Shown piece by piece: positions 10,175 to 19,235 of a DNA stretch of 64,000 bases (the first letter of the stretch is position 1; every line of letters begins with the position of its first letter). The notes beneath the pieces are model-generated. The model was not told where the DNA came from. It was given only the letters and a program-made list of their open reading frames with translations, and did not search any database. This DNA is from an uncultured cyanobacterium (GTDB taxonomy: Bacteria; Cyanobacteriota; Cyanobacteriia; Pseudanabaenales; Pseudanabaenaceae). The position numbers were made by a program, and so were the translations under genes. The DNA is taken from NCBI GenBank assembly GCA_963703315.1, contig OY969811.1, positions 3,040,001 through 3,104,000 of the forward strand, in the 5' to 3' direction.

Positions 10175-13100
10175 ATGAATCACTGCCAAACGAACATTCA
10201 TCCTCATGACAACTTGGTTGCGGAGATTATGGATGGTTTTGATGATGTCGTCTGGTCAATGACCTTACCCAATCTCACACCACTATATTTCAATGCCACT
10301 GCTGCCGAGCTTTATCAATGTAGTAATGATTATTTGCAGGACAGTAGTTGTCTATGGCTCGATCGCATTAACGTTGATGATCAGCCGAAAATGCAACAGG
10401 CGATCGCCCAAGCTCAATACTCAGGTTCATCGCAAGTTCGGTATTGCATTCATGAATCAAATGGAGACAGATGTTTTTTAGCCCGTTTAAAAATATTTAA
10501 AGATGCGTCAGGAATGCCCATTCGCCTAGATGCGATCGCCACCGAAATTACCGAAATTAAAGAGAATCATCCAGTTGAGTATCAATATCAACAAACAGAA
10601 GAAATTCTCTTGCATGGTGAGAGGCGTTATTATGACATGATCCAAAAACAAAGTGATTTTATTCTGCGATCGTTGCCAGACACGACGATTACCTTTGCCA
10701 ATGAATCTTTATGTGAGGTACTAGGAAGTAGTCTAGAAGAAGTAATTGGCAAAAAATGGATTGATTTTGCTGATCCCAATGACTTACAAACTATTTTGGC
10801 TCATTTGTCGATCATGAGTCCAGAACAATCAAGCTTTATTGCCGTAAATCGCGATCGTCGTGCTAATGATCAGATTGGTTGGACTCAATGGATCAATCAA
10901 GGCTTTTTTAACCAACAGGGAGAACTAGTTGGGATTCAATCGGTGGGGCGAGATATTACCGATCTCAAACTATCAGAGCTAGCCCTCAAACAACTTAACG
11001 AAGAACTAGAGATACGGATCGAGCAGCGTACTGCGGAATTGCGACAGAGCGAAGCTCGTAATCGCGCAATTCTCCATGCTCTGCCCGATCTTTTACTATT
11101 GATTAAACCTGATGGCACTTGCATCCAATGCATCATGCCTACAACTCAAGATAGGAATAAATATTTACCAATTCATCACCACCTCTCTGAAGTATTACCT
11201 CTCGAAGATCTCCAAGTTCAGACCACCCTATACAAGGCAGCGATCGCCACAGGTGAAGTTCAAATCTATGAACATGAGATATTTAAGTATGGTAAGAAAG
11301 TCTATGAGGAGGTACGAATCGCCCCTTACTGTGATGATGAGTTACTGGTGATTGTCCGTGATATCACTGATCGTAAATTAGCCGAAGCCAATCTGCTCAA
11401 AAGTGATAAGCATCTCAAAGCGGCTCAGCGTATTAGTAAACTCGGCAGTTGGGAACTTGATCTCCTCACAGAGGATGTCGTCTGGTCAGAGGAAGTGTTT
11501 CGCATTTTTGGACGTGATCCTCAGATTGCTACACCAACCTATCCAGAATTACGAAAATATCTACATCCCGATGATTGGGATCGGTTTAATCAAACTGTGC
11601 AAACAGCGATCGATACCGCGCAATCCTACGACATTGAATATCGTATTTTCTGGACTGATGGCACATTAGTTTATGTCTTAGCTAGAGGCGAAATAATTTG
11701 TGATGCGATGGGCAAAGCTATCCAAATCATCGGCACGGTCATGGATATTACTGATCGTAAAGTCGCGGAGCAGCAACTTCAAATCGTTACCGATCGCCTG
11801 ACACTAGCCTTAAAATCAGCCTCCATTGGCATTTGGGAATGGGATATTGCCAACAATCGTCTGATTTGGGATGCGCGAACCTATGAGCTATATTGTGTTA
11901 ACCCAGATACATCAATCGATGCTTATACAGCATGGGCAAGTCGTATTTATCCTAGCGATCTGGAACTTGCTGAGACTGAAGTTCGACTAGCTTTAAGCGG
12001 GGAAAAAGATTATGACCATGAATTTCGGATCGTGCTACCTGATGGCAGTATTCGCTATCTTAAAGCCTATGCTTCAGTCCAACGAAACGAGGAGGGCTTA
12101 CCGCAGAGGATGCTCGGTATTAACTTTGATATTACTGATCGTAAATTAGCGGAACAAACGCTTATTAAAAGTGATACTCATCTAAAAATTGCCCAGCGCA
12201 TTGGCAAGGTCGGCAGTTGGGAATACGAAATCAATACGGGAAATCTCACATGGTCGGATGAGATTTTTCGGATTTACGGACTTGAGCCTAGTAACTATCC
12301 ACCCAATTATGATGATTTAAAGGTATATATCCATCCCGATGACTGGGAGCATTTTCACCAAACCGTCCAAAATGCGATTAATTTTTCCCAATCCTACGAT
12401 CTCGAACATCGCATAATTCAGCCTAATGGCACATTGATCTATGTGCTGGCGAGAGGGGAGATGATCTACGATGCATCAGGTCAATTAACCCACATCATCG
12501 GCACAGCGATGGATATTAGCGATCGCAAACTCATTGAAAAACAGCTTCAGAGCGTAACCGATCGCCTAACTCTCGCCGTAAAGTCCGCCGCGATCGGTAT
12601 TTGGGAATGGGACGTTGTTAACAACATTCTCATTTGGGATGAACGGATGCATGAAATCTATGGAGTGCCATTTACTTCATCTACTAATACTTATGAAACT
12701 TGGGCAAATAGCTTGCATCCTGATGATCGGGTAAACGCCGAGTCCGTAATACAACTATGCGTACAAGGAGAAAAAGATTTTGATATTGAGTTTCGGATCA
12801 TCCTAGCTGATGGCAACATTCGCTATATCAAAGCTTTTGCCTTGTTACAGCGTAACCATGAGGGAGAAGCACAAAAGATGATTGGGATTAACTTTGATAT
12901 TACCGATCGCAAATTGGCGGAAGCAGAGTTACACCGTAGTCACGATTTACGCGAAGCTCTGTTCAATGAATCTACGGATGCGATGTTTTTGGTCGATCCT
13001 GAGACGGTACTGACGACCGACTGTAACCACACAGCCGTCAGATTATTTGAAGTCTCCCATCCATCAGAACTCATCGGTATCGAAGGACATATACTTCAGC

Positions 13101-14008
13101 GCACCCAGTTTTCTGACCAAGAACTCCAAGATATTCAGTTAGAGCTTGAAACCCAAGGTTTTTGGAGCAGTGAAGTTGAATATGTGAGTCGTCAAGGTCG
13201 CACTTTTTGGGGAAATCTTGCCGTTAAGCCGATCACAGTGGCGGGAAAGACCATCAACCTTGTGCGAGTGTCCGATATTAGCGATCGCAAACTTGCCGAA
13301 GCCAAAATTGTCCAAACAGCAAATCAGTTAGCCAATACCAATCGCGAATTAGAATCCTTTTGCTATTCCGTCTCCCATGATTTGCGAGCGCCTTTGCGTC
13401 ACATGAATGGATTTGTCAATGCTTTACAACAAAGACTAAACCACCATGAAGCTCTGAGTGATCCTAAAGTTATGCATTATCTCGAAGTGATTAACAAAAG
13501 TAGTCAGAAAATGGGGAATTTAATCGATGGATTACTTACCCTATCTCGCTATGGACGGCGACCCCTAGAGTCTCAGCCCATATCCATCCGCGCCCTCGTT
13601 GATGAGGCGATCGAAATTATTAGTACTGACCCTAGTCATAATCCCCTCGTAGAGTTTGCGATCGGTGATTTACCGAAGGCAATAGTGGGTGATCCGACAT
13701 TGTTACAGCAGGTTTTTCTCAACCTAATTAGCAATGCCGTCAAATTTAGCCGCCACCAGCCTCATCCTTACATCGCAATCAACAGTTTGCCCGATGGCAC
13801 AATCTGCATCAAAGATAATGGAGTGGGCTTCCAAATGGAATATGCGGATAAGCTCTTCGGTGTTTTTCAACGATTACATAGTGAAGTAGAGTTTGAAGGG
13901 ACGGGAATTGGCTTAGCGATCGTGCAGAGGATTATTCAACGTCATGGAGGATCCGTTTGGGCGGAGGGATATCCCGATCAAGGGGCAACTTTCTTTATCA
14001 AACTTTAA
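10175..14008 (+). CDS. Multi-PAS sensor histidine kinase
   Basis: Repeated PAS/PAC (GIWEWD...HPDD...DITDRK); ELESFCYSVSHDLRAPL H-box; NLISNAVKF, DNGVG, GTGIGL. Confidence 0.95.
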   Translation: MNHCQTNIHPHDNLVAEIMDGFDDVVWSMTLPNLTPLYFNATAAELYQCSNDYLQDSSCLWLDRINVDDQPKMQQAIAQAQYSGSSQVRYCIHESNGDRCFLARLKIFKDASGMPIRLDAIATEITEIKENHPVEYQYQQTEEILLHGERRYYDMIQKQSDFILRSLPDTTITFANESLCEVLGSSLEEVIGKKWIDFADPNDLQTILAHLSIMSPEQSSFIAVNRDRRANDQIGWTQWINQGFFNQQGELVGIQSVGRDITDLKLSELALKQLNEELEIRIEQRTAELRQSEARNRAILHALPDLLLLIKPDGTCIQCIMPTTQDRNKYLPIHHHLSEVLPLEDLQVQTTLYKAAIATGEVQIYEHEIFKYGKKVYEEVRIAPYCDDELLVIVRDITDRKLAEANLLKSDKHLKAAQRISKLGSWELDLLTEDVVWSEEVFRIFGRDPQIATPTYPELRKYLHPDDWDRFNQTVQTAIDTAQSYDIEYRIFWTDGTLVYVLARGEIICDAMGKAIQIIGTVMDITDRKVAEQQLQIVTDRLTLALKSASIGIWEWDIANNRLIWDARTYELYCVNPDTSIDAYTAWASRIYPSDLELAETEVRLALSGEKDYDHEFRIVLPDGSIRYLKAYASVQRNEEGLPQRMLGINFDITDRKLAEQTLIKSDTHLKIAQRIGKVGSWEYEINTGNLTWSDEIFRIYGLEPSNYPPNYDDLKVYIHPDDWEHFHQTVQNAINFSQSYDLEHRIIQPNGTLIYVLARGEMIYDASGQLTHIIGTAMDISDRKLIEKQLQSVTDRLTLAVKSAAIGIWEWDVVNNILIWDERMHEIYGVPFTSSTNTYETWANSLHPDDRVNAESVIQLCVQGEKDFDIEFRIILADGNIRYIKAFALLQRNHEGEAQKMIGINFDITDRKLAEAELHRSHDLREALFNESTDAMFLVDPETVLTTDCNHTAVRLFEVSHPSELIGIEGHILQRTQFSDQELQDIQLELETQGFWSSEVEYVSRQGRTFWGNLAVKPITVAGKTINLVRVSDISDRKLAEAKIVQTANQLANTNRELESFCYSVSHDLRAPLRHMNGFVNALQQRLNHHEALSDPKVMHYLEVINKSSQKMGNLIDGLLTLSRYGRRPLESQPISIRALVDEAIEIISTDPSHNPLVEFAIGDLPKAIVGDPTLLQQVFLNLISNAVKFSRHQPHPYIAINSLPDGTICIKDNGVGFQMEYADKLFGVFQRLHSEVEFEGTGIGLAIVQRIIQRHGGSVWAEGYPDQGATFFIKL

Positions 14009-14216
14009 TACCAAAACTAAAAATGGCTACGCTGTTTTTAGTTTTAAAAACCATTTCCGAGTTTTATATCTATAGTCAATTATGTTAGGACAAAACCAAA
14101 ACCCAAAAGAGAGTTGCGGCGCTTCGCGCCACAACTCTCTTTTGGGTTTTATGTCTTAACTTGCTTGGCTATGGCTATAATTCACGAAATTGTTATTACA
14201 CTTTCGTGAATTGGTA
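14006..14216. repeat. Family C mini-element with a nested family B element (14065-14179)
   Basis: Outer ATACCAA...TTGGTA ends shared with 40847-40924 and 55562-55666; inner element is an inverted homolog of 52802-52916. Confidence 0.7.
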
Positions 14217-14273
14217 CAAAACTTAGTGGCACAAAGCGCCTCTAAATCCTCAGAAAATTTATGATCAAAATAT

Positions 14274-14711
14274 ATGGAACCAACGCAAATTTTGCTGGTC
14301 GAGGATGATCCTAATGATGTTGAGCTAATCCAAATCGCCTTGGATAGCTATAACTTCGTTAACAAAATTGATGTCGTCTCAGATGGCGAACAAGCCATCC
14401 ATTACTTATTCGGACGTGATGGACAGCCGCCCACACAGCCATTACCACGGTTAGTTTTATTAGATCTCAAATTACCCAAAATTAGTGGCATTCAAGTTTT
14501 ACAGGCAATTCGCTCATCCCTCCGCACTCGCCATCTAGTCGTTGTGGTCATGACCTCATCCGCCGAAAACCGCGATCTCAAAGCTTGCTACGATCTGGGA
14601 GTCAATAGTTATATCGTCAAGCCATTAGATTTTCAGCAGTTTGTCGAAATGTCACGTCAGGTCGGCTTTTATTGGATGATGCTCAATCAGATCCCCATGC
14701 TCGAGCAGTAA
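14274..14711 (+). CDS. Single-domain response regulator (Rcp1-like)
   Basis: ILLVEDDPND, LLDLKLPK, CYDLGVNSYIVKP, FYW. Confidence 0.93.
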   Translation: MEPTQILLVEDDPNDVELIQIALDSYNFVNKIDVVSDGEQAIHYLFGRDGQPPTQPLPRLVLLDLKLPKISGIQVLQAIRSSLRTRHLVVVVMTSSAENRDLKACYDLGVNSYIVKPLDFQQFVEMSRQVGFYWMMLNQIPMLEQ

Positions 14712-14973
14712 AGAAGATTTTTGGTCGGTGAGTCGTTAATCCCAAAGCACAAAATGGCGTAGCCATTTTGTGCTTTGGGATTAACGAGAAAATCATCAAA
14801 ATATAAGGTTAAATTAAGGGATAGCGCGGGAATAAGCTAGTATTTTTATTGAGGCACTAGTAATTTAAGTATTTTTTCATATATACTTTGGTAAATAGAA
14901 ACTATTGCCTCATGATCAACCAAGCATTTAGGATTACACAATTGCTTGGGAATAATCCATACTAAATAAAAGT

Positions 14974-15161
14974 CTTAGGGCTTACATGATCAATCTCTCT
15001 AGGAACGATTCATGGATCGTTCTTAAGTAAGTAGGCGAATTAAAGATAAAACCCTAAAAGCTTTGGCGATCGCGCAGCCACAGCTTTTAAATCTGTTTTT
15101 TAATTATGCCGAGGTACTTAGAGAGAAAAGGCTCTCATGTTATTTCTGTGTAAGTCCTAAG
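14974..15161. repeat. Mini-element with CTTAGGGCTTACA/TGTAAGTCCTAAG ends containing a nested family A element (15024-15120)
   Basis: Terminal inverted repeats; inner element splits the outer hairpin at a duplicated TA. Confidence 0.6.
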
Positions 15162-15246
15162 TCTAAAGAAGGATAGTCGCCTTAGCAAGCTAACACTTTT
15201 TTAGATATTTTCTGATTCAAGCCAGCATAGCTAGTTAGAAGAAAAC

Positions 15247-17586
15247 ATGATCTCGGAGTTTGAAGAGTTTGAGCATTCACAGTCACAGCGATCTGGGCGA
15301 TCGCTGCACATTTTGATCATTGAAGATGTTGAAGCTGATGTAGAACTAACATTGTTAACTCTAGAATCAGCAAACATATCTTTTACATACGATGTAACTG
15401 CTACTGCCGCCGAATGTCAGAAATATTTACAAGAGCAAACCTACGATGTCGTTTTGTCTGACTATCGGTTACCTAGTTTTAACGGTTTACAGGCTTTCAA
15501 GTTTTTACAGCTATCAGGGCAAGATATTCCTTTTATCTTAATCACTGGCAGTTTGGGAGAAGAAGCTGCGGTTGAATGTATTAGGTCAGGCATGACGGAC
15601 TATGTTCTAAAAGATCGGTTGTTTCGGCTGCCTAGTGCCTTAAAACGGGCTTTGCAAGAGTTTGAGTTACGGAAGCAGCAAAAAGAGGCGATCGCCCGCA
15701 TCGAGCAGCAAGCATGGCGGGAAACGATTATTAACCGTATTGTGCAGGCAATGCGCGAGACACTCATTTTAGAAGATGTCCTCCAAACTACCGCCGATCT
15801 GTTACATGAAGCTTTGCAGGTGAGTTTTTGCCTCATTTTTCAGCCCGATAAGTCCCAAACAATGCGGGTAAATTACATCAGTAAAAGTAGTAGTAAAAAC
15901 AGTTCCAATAACAGTATCACTCAGGGCATAGATTGCAATCTCTATAAATTTTATCAAGATGATTTATCGTTAGGGAAACAAGTTGTACTTGATCAAATTG
16001 ATGAGCGTATTCCTGAACTCAAGGAGGTCAAAGAAATCTATGGCATTCTATCGCTGGTGATTACACCTTTGTTTTATCAAAAAGTTTATTTGGGCGGCAT
16101 TAATCTTTATCAAAACGATCGCCAACGGACTTGGTCTGAGAATGAATTATCGTTAGTCAAAGCGATCGCCGATCAATGTGCGATCGCCATCCATCAGTCG
16201 CAACTCTACCAAAATGCTCAGTCCGAGTTGATGGAGCGCAAAAAAATGGAAGCCCAACTGCGTCACGATGCTTTTCATGATACTTTGACAGACTTACCCA
16301 ATCGCGCCTTATTTCTAGATCGGCTAAGCCATGCTTTACAACTATCACAAAGGCGATCGCACTTAAATGACAGCAGCCTTCCTGAGCAGTTTGCGATTCT
16401 CTTTTTGGATTTAGATCGATTTAAAGTCATTAATGACAGTCTCGGACATTTGGCAGGTGATCAATTATTAAAGACTGTCGCTAAACGGCTCATCACTTGT
16501 CTGAGAGCAGGAGATACGGTCGCAAGGCTGGGGGGAGATGAATTTGTGATGTTACTTGAAGAAATTGAAACGATCAATGATGTCATTGAAGTTGTCCAAA
16601 GAATTCAAGACATCTTAAAAGTGCCTGTTTATATCGATGAGAATGAAATCGTTATTAGTACCAGTATCGGCATTGCGCTCAGTTCTCCTAGTTACACTCA
16701 ACCAGATCAATTGCTCCGTGATGCAGACACCGCTATGTACCGCGCTAAAGAACAGGGGAGAGAGAGGTATGAAATATTTAACACCTCTATGCATACAGAA
16801 GCCCTTAAAAAGTTACGGTTAGAAAATGAGTTGCGACGAGCCATTGATCGCCAAGAATTACTATTGCATTATCAACCGATTGTGAATTTGCAATCTCTTG
16901 AAATCATTGGCTTTGAAGCTCTTGTCCGTTGGCAACATCCTGAACAAGGTTTAATTCCACCTGCCGAGTTTATTCCCATCGCCGAAGATGTCGGTTTAAT
17001 TACCTTGATCGACTTTTGGGTATTACAAGAAGCTTGCTTACAGTTACAAATATGGAAAAAGCAGTTTCCAAGTGCTAAAAATCTAACGATGAATGTCAAT
17101 CTATCTGGCAAACAGTTTAGTAAATCTAATTTGATTAGCCAAATTGATCAAGTATTAGAGAGAAATAACCTTAGTAAGGGTAGCCTCAAAATAGAAGTTA
17201 CGGAAAGTATATTAATTGAGAAGACTTCTCTAGCAACTCAAATCTTGCATGAACTGAATGAACGGCACATTCAAACCTGTATTGATGACTTTGGTACGGG
17301 CTATTCTTCGTTGAGCTATCTACACCGTTTCCCCATTCATACCATTAAGATCGATCGCTCTTTTATTACTCAAATAGGTACTAATTCGGAAAACAATGAA
17401 ATTGTCAAAGCAATTATTGTTTTGGGCATAAATCTGGGGTTAAATGTGGTGGCAGAAGGGATCGAAACTGCTGAGCAGTTGAAGGTGCTGCAAAGTTACG
17501 GTTGTCATTTAGGTCAAGGGTTCTATTTATTTAAGCCTTTAGAAGCGGCGGCGATCGACAAATTATTAGAACCTAGTTCCATATAG
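15247..17586 (+). CDS. Receiver-GAF-GGDEF-EAL protein
   Basis: REC, GAF (ADQCAIAIHQ), RLGGDEF, EALVRW, DDFGTGYSS. Confidence 0.93.
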   Translation: MISEFEEFEHSQSQRSGRSLHILIIEDVEADVELTLLTLESANISFTYDVTATAAECQKYLQEQTYDVVLSDYRLPSFNGLQAFKFLQLSGQDIPFILITGSLGEEAAVECIRSGMTDYVLKDRLFRLPSALKRALQEFELRKQQKEAIARIEQQAWRETIINRIVQAMRETLILEDVLQTTADLLHEALQVSFCLIFQPDKSQTMRVNYISKSSSKNSSNNSITQGIDCNLYKFYQDDLSLGKQVVLDQIDERIPELKEVKEIYGILSLVITPLFYQKVYLGGINLYQNDRQRTWSENELSLVKAIADQCAIAIHQSQLYQNAQSELMERKKMEAQLRHDAFHDTLTDLPNRALFLDRLSHALQLSQRRSHLNDSSLPEQFAILFLDLDRFKVINDSLGHLAGDQLLKTVAKRLITCLRAGDTVARLGGDEFVMLLEEIETINDVIEVVQRIQDILKVPVYIDENEIVISTSIGIALSSPSYTQPDQLLRDADTAMYRAKEQGRERYEIFNTSMHTEALKKLRLENELRRAIDRQELLLHYQPIVNLQSLEIIGFEALVRWQHPEQGLIPPAEFIPIAEDVGLITLIDFWVLQEACLQLQIWKKQFPSAKNLTMNVNLSGKQFSKSNLISQIDQVLERNNLSKGSLKIEVTESILIEKTSLATQILHELNERHIQTCIDDFGTGYSSLSYLHRFPIHTIKIDRSFITQIGTNSENNEIVKAIIVLGINLGLNVVAEGIETAEQLKVLQSYGCHLGQGFYLFKPLEAAAIDKLLEPSSI

Positions 17587-17615
17587 AAGGGTCGCAGCGC
17601 GACCCTTCTATGTTT

Positions 17616-18497
17616 TTAAAACGCGATCGCCTGTTCTAAAGTGCTGACATTGACGAGGGCTAAACTGGGAGCCGTACGCTTGACTAGTCCTGTCAAAACC
17701 TTACCTGAACCAACCTCGATCGCCTGTTCATAGCCTTGTGCTGCTAGATACAAGCAAATTTCTCGCCAACGTACGGGTGAGGTCATCTGTTGACTAAGGC
17801 GATCGCGCAACACCTGTCCAGAAGTCGTTGCGTCATTTGGTTCCACATTAGAAATAACAGGAACTTCTGCATCATTAAAAGTAGTGCTATTCACAATGGC
17901 GGCAAACTGGGCGGCGGCATCTGCCATCAAAGGGGAATGGAACGCACCACTCACGGCTAAGGGAATTGCCCTTTTGGTTTTTACCTGTTCCACAATTGAT
18001 TTCACCGCAGCTTCCGTTCCCGAAATTACTACCTGATCCGCACTATTATCGTTTGCCAGAATTACGTTCTCAGTTTGGGCGATCGCTGTTTCTAGTTGTG
18101 GGCGATCGAATCCAATCAAAGCTGTCATTGCGCCGCCACTTGCCTCTGACATTAAAAGCGATCGCTGCTGCACTAGTTTTAAACCCGTAGCAAAGTCCAC
18201 CACACCTGCACAGTAGAGCGCACTATATTCTCCTAAGCTATGCCCTGTCACTACGTCAGGCTTTGCATCCTTTGATTTTAAGATATCAGCAAGGATTGCC
18301 GAAATTACATAGAGACAAGGTTGTGTAAATTGCGTTTTAGAAAGCTCTGTCGCATCGGTTTGCGATTTTTCTAAAATCGACCAGCCCAAAATTTGATCTG
18401 CCTGATCAAACTTGTCCTTGCCCACTTCCGCAAGGTCTAAGCCCATCCCCACAGCTTGAGAGCCTTGTCCGGGAAATATCCATACATTTTTGGTCAT
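17616..18497 (-). CDS. fabD: Malonyl-CoA:ACP transacylase
   Basis: FPGQGSQ, GHSLGEY, VSGAFHS. Confidence 0.97.
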   Translation of the reverse strand: MTKNVWIFPGQGSQAVGMGLDLAEVGKDKFDQADQILGWSILEKSQTDATELSKTQFTQPCLYVISAILADILKSKDAKPDVVTGHSLGEYSALYCAGVVDFATGLKLVQQRSLLMSEASGGAMTALIGFDRPQLETAIAQTENVILANDNSADQVVISGTEAAVKSIVEQVKTKRAIPLAVSGAFHSPLMADAAAQFAAIVNSTTFNDAEVPVISNVEPNDATTSGQVLRDRLSQQMTSPVRWREICLYLAAQGYEQAIEVGSGKVLTGLVKRTAPSLALVNVSTLEQAIAF

Positions 18498-18551
18498 TCT
18501 TGTAGGTTTATTTTATGTTTATTTATGGTTTCTAATTATCGCAATAAAAAT

Positions 18552-18734
18552 GTAGGGGCTTAGCATTTGCGCCACAATTTTTAAACCCATTACAGAAATT
18601 CCGATCCGCAAATGCTAAGCCCTCTGTGCTTTTACAGACAATTTACCCCTGCGTTGCGAGGTTTTGGGCAGAGCATTCCCAAAGAAAAACTATCTAAAAA
18701 TTGATAAATTTACGCGGGAATGCTTTGCCCCTAC
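18552..18734. repeat. GTAG-type REP/REPIN doublet, unoccupied
   Basis: GTAGGGGC...GCCCCTAC termini and two internal hairpins; inverted homolog of 36308-36482. Confidence 0.85.
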
Positions 18735-18740
18735 GTTTAC

Positions 18741-19235
18741 CTAATGAATGATATATTTTTGCCATTCGTCATGGTTGCCCGATCGCAGATATTTGGTCAC
18801 CTCAAAATGCAAACCACTATGGGGGCGACGGGGTTGCTTGCGGAGAGGCATTGATGCTTCTTTAGGGGTGCGGTTGCCTTTTTTGACATTGCAACGGACA
18901 CAGGCGGTAATAATATTGTCCCAACTGTCACCACCACCACGCGATCGGGGCAGCACATGATCCAGTGTTAGGTCATCGCCTGTATGCCCACAGTACTGGC
19001 AAGCATGGGCATCACGATGGAGAATATTACGACGGGTTAGGGGAATTTCTTTGTAGGGAATGCTGACATATTGCAACATTCGTATCACAGTGGGCAATGG
19101 CATCCCCGGATAAATCATTCTGCCATTGTGTTCGACTTGTTCTGCTTTGCCTTTTATGACCAACACAATTGCACGCTGCCAGTTGGTGATGTTCAGCGGC
19201 TCATAGGATGCGTTTAGTACAAGGACTTTTGCCAT
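18741..19235 (-). CDS. HNH endonuclease
   Basis: VLVLNASYEPL, CQYCG, TLDHVLPRSRGG...N...C..CN..K. Confidence 0.93.
   Translation of the reverse strand: MAKVLVLNASYEPLNITNWQRAIVLVIKGKAEQVEHNGRMIYPGMPLPTVIRMLQYVSIPYKEIPLTRRNILHRDAHACQYCGHTGDDLTLDHVLPRSRGGGDSWDNIITACVRCNVKKGNRTPKEASMPLRKQPRRPHSGLHFEVTKYLRSGNHDEWQKYIIH

Noticed and set aside
18741..19235. HNH gene as mobiliser of the adjacent REP
   Set aside because: Common stand-alone HNH family; absent next to the second REP copy; adjacency only
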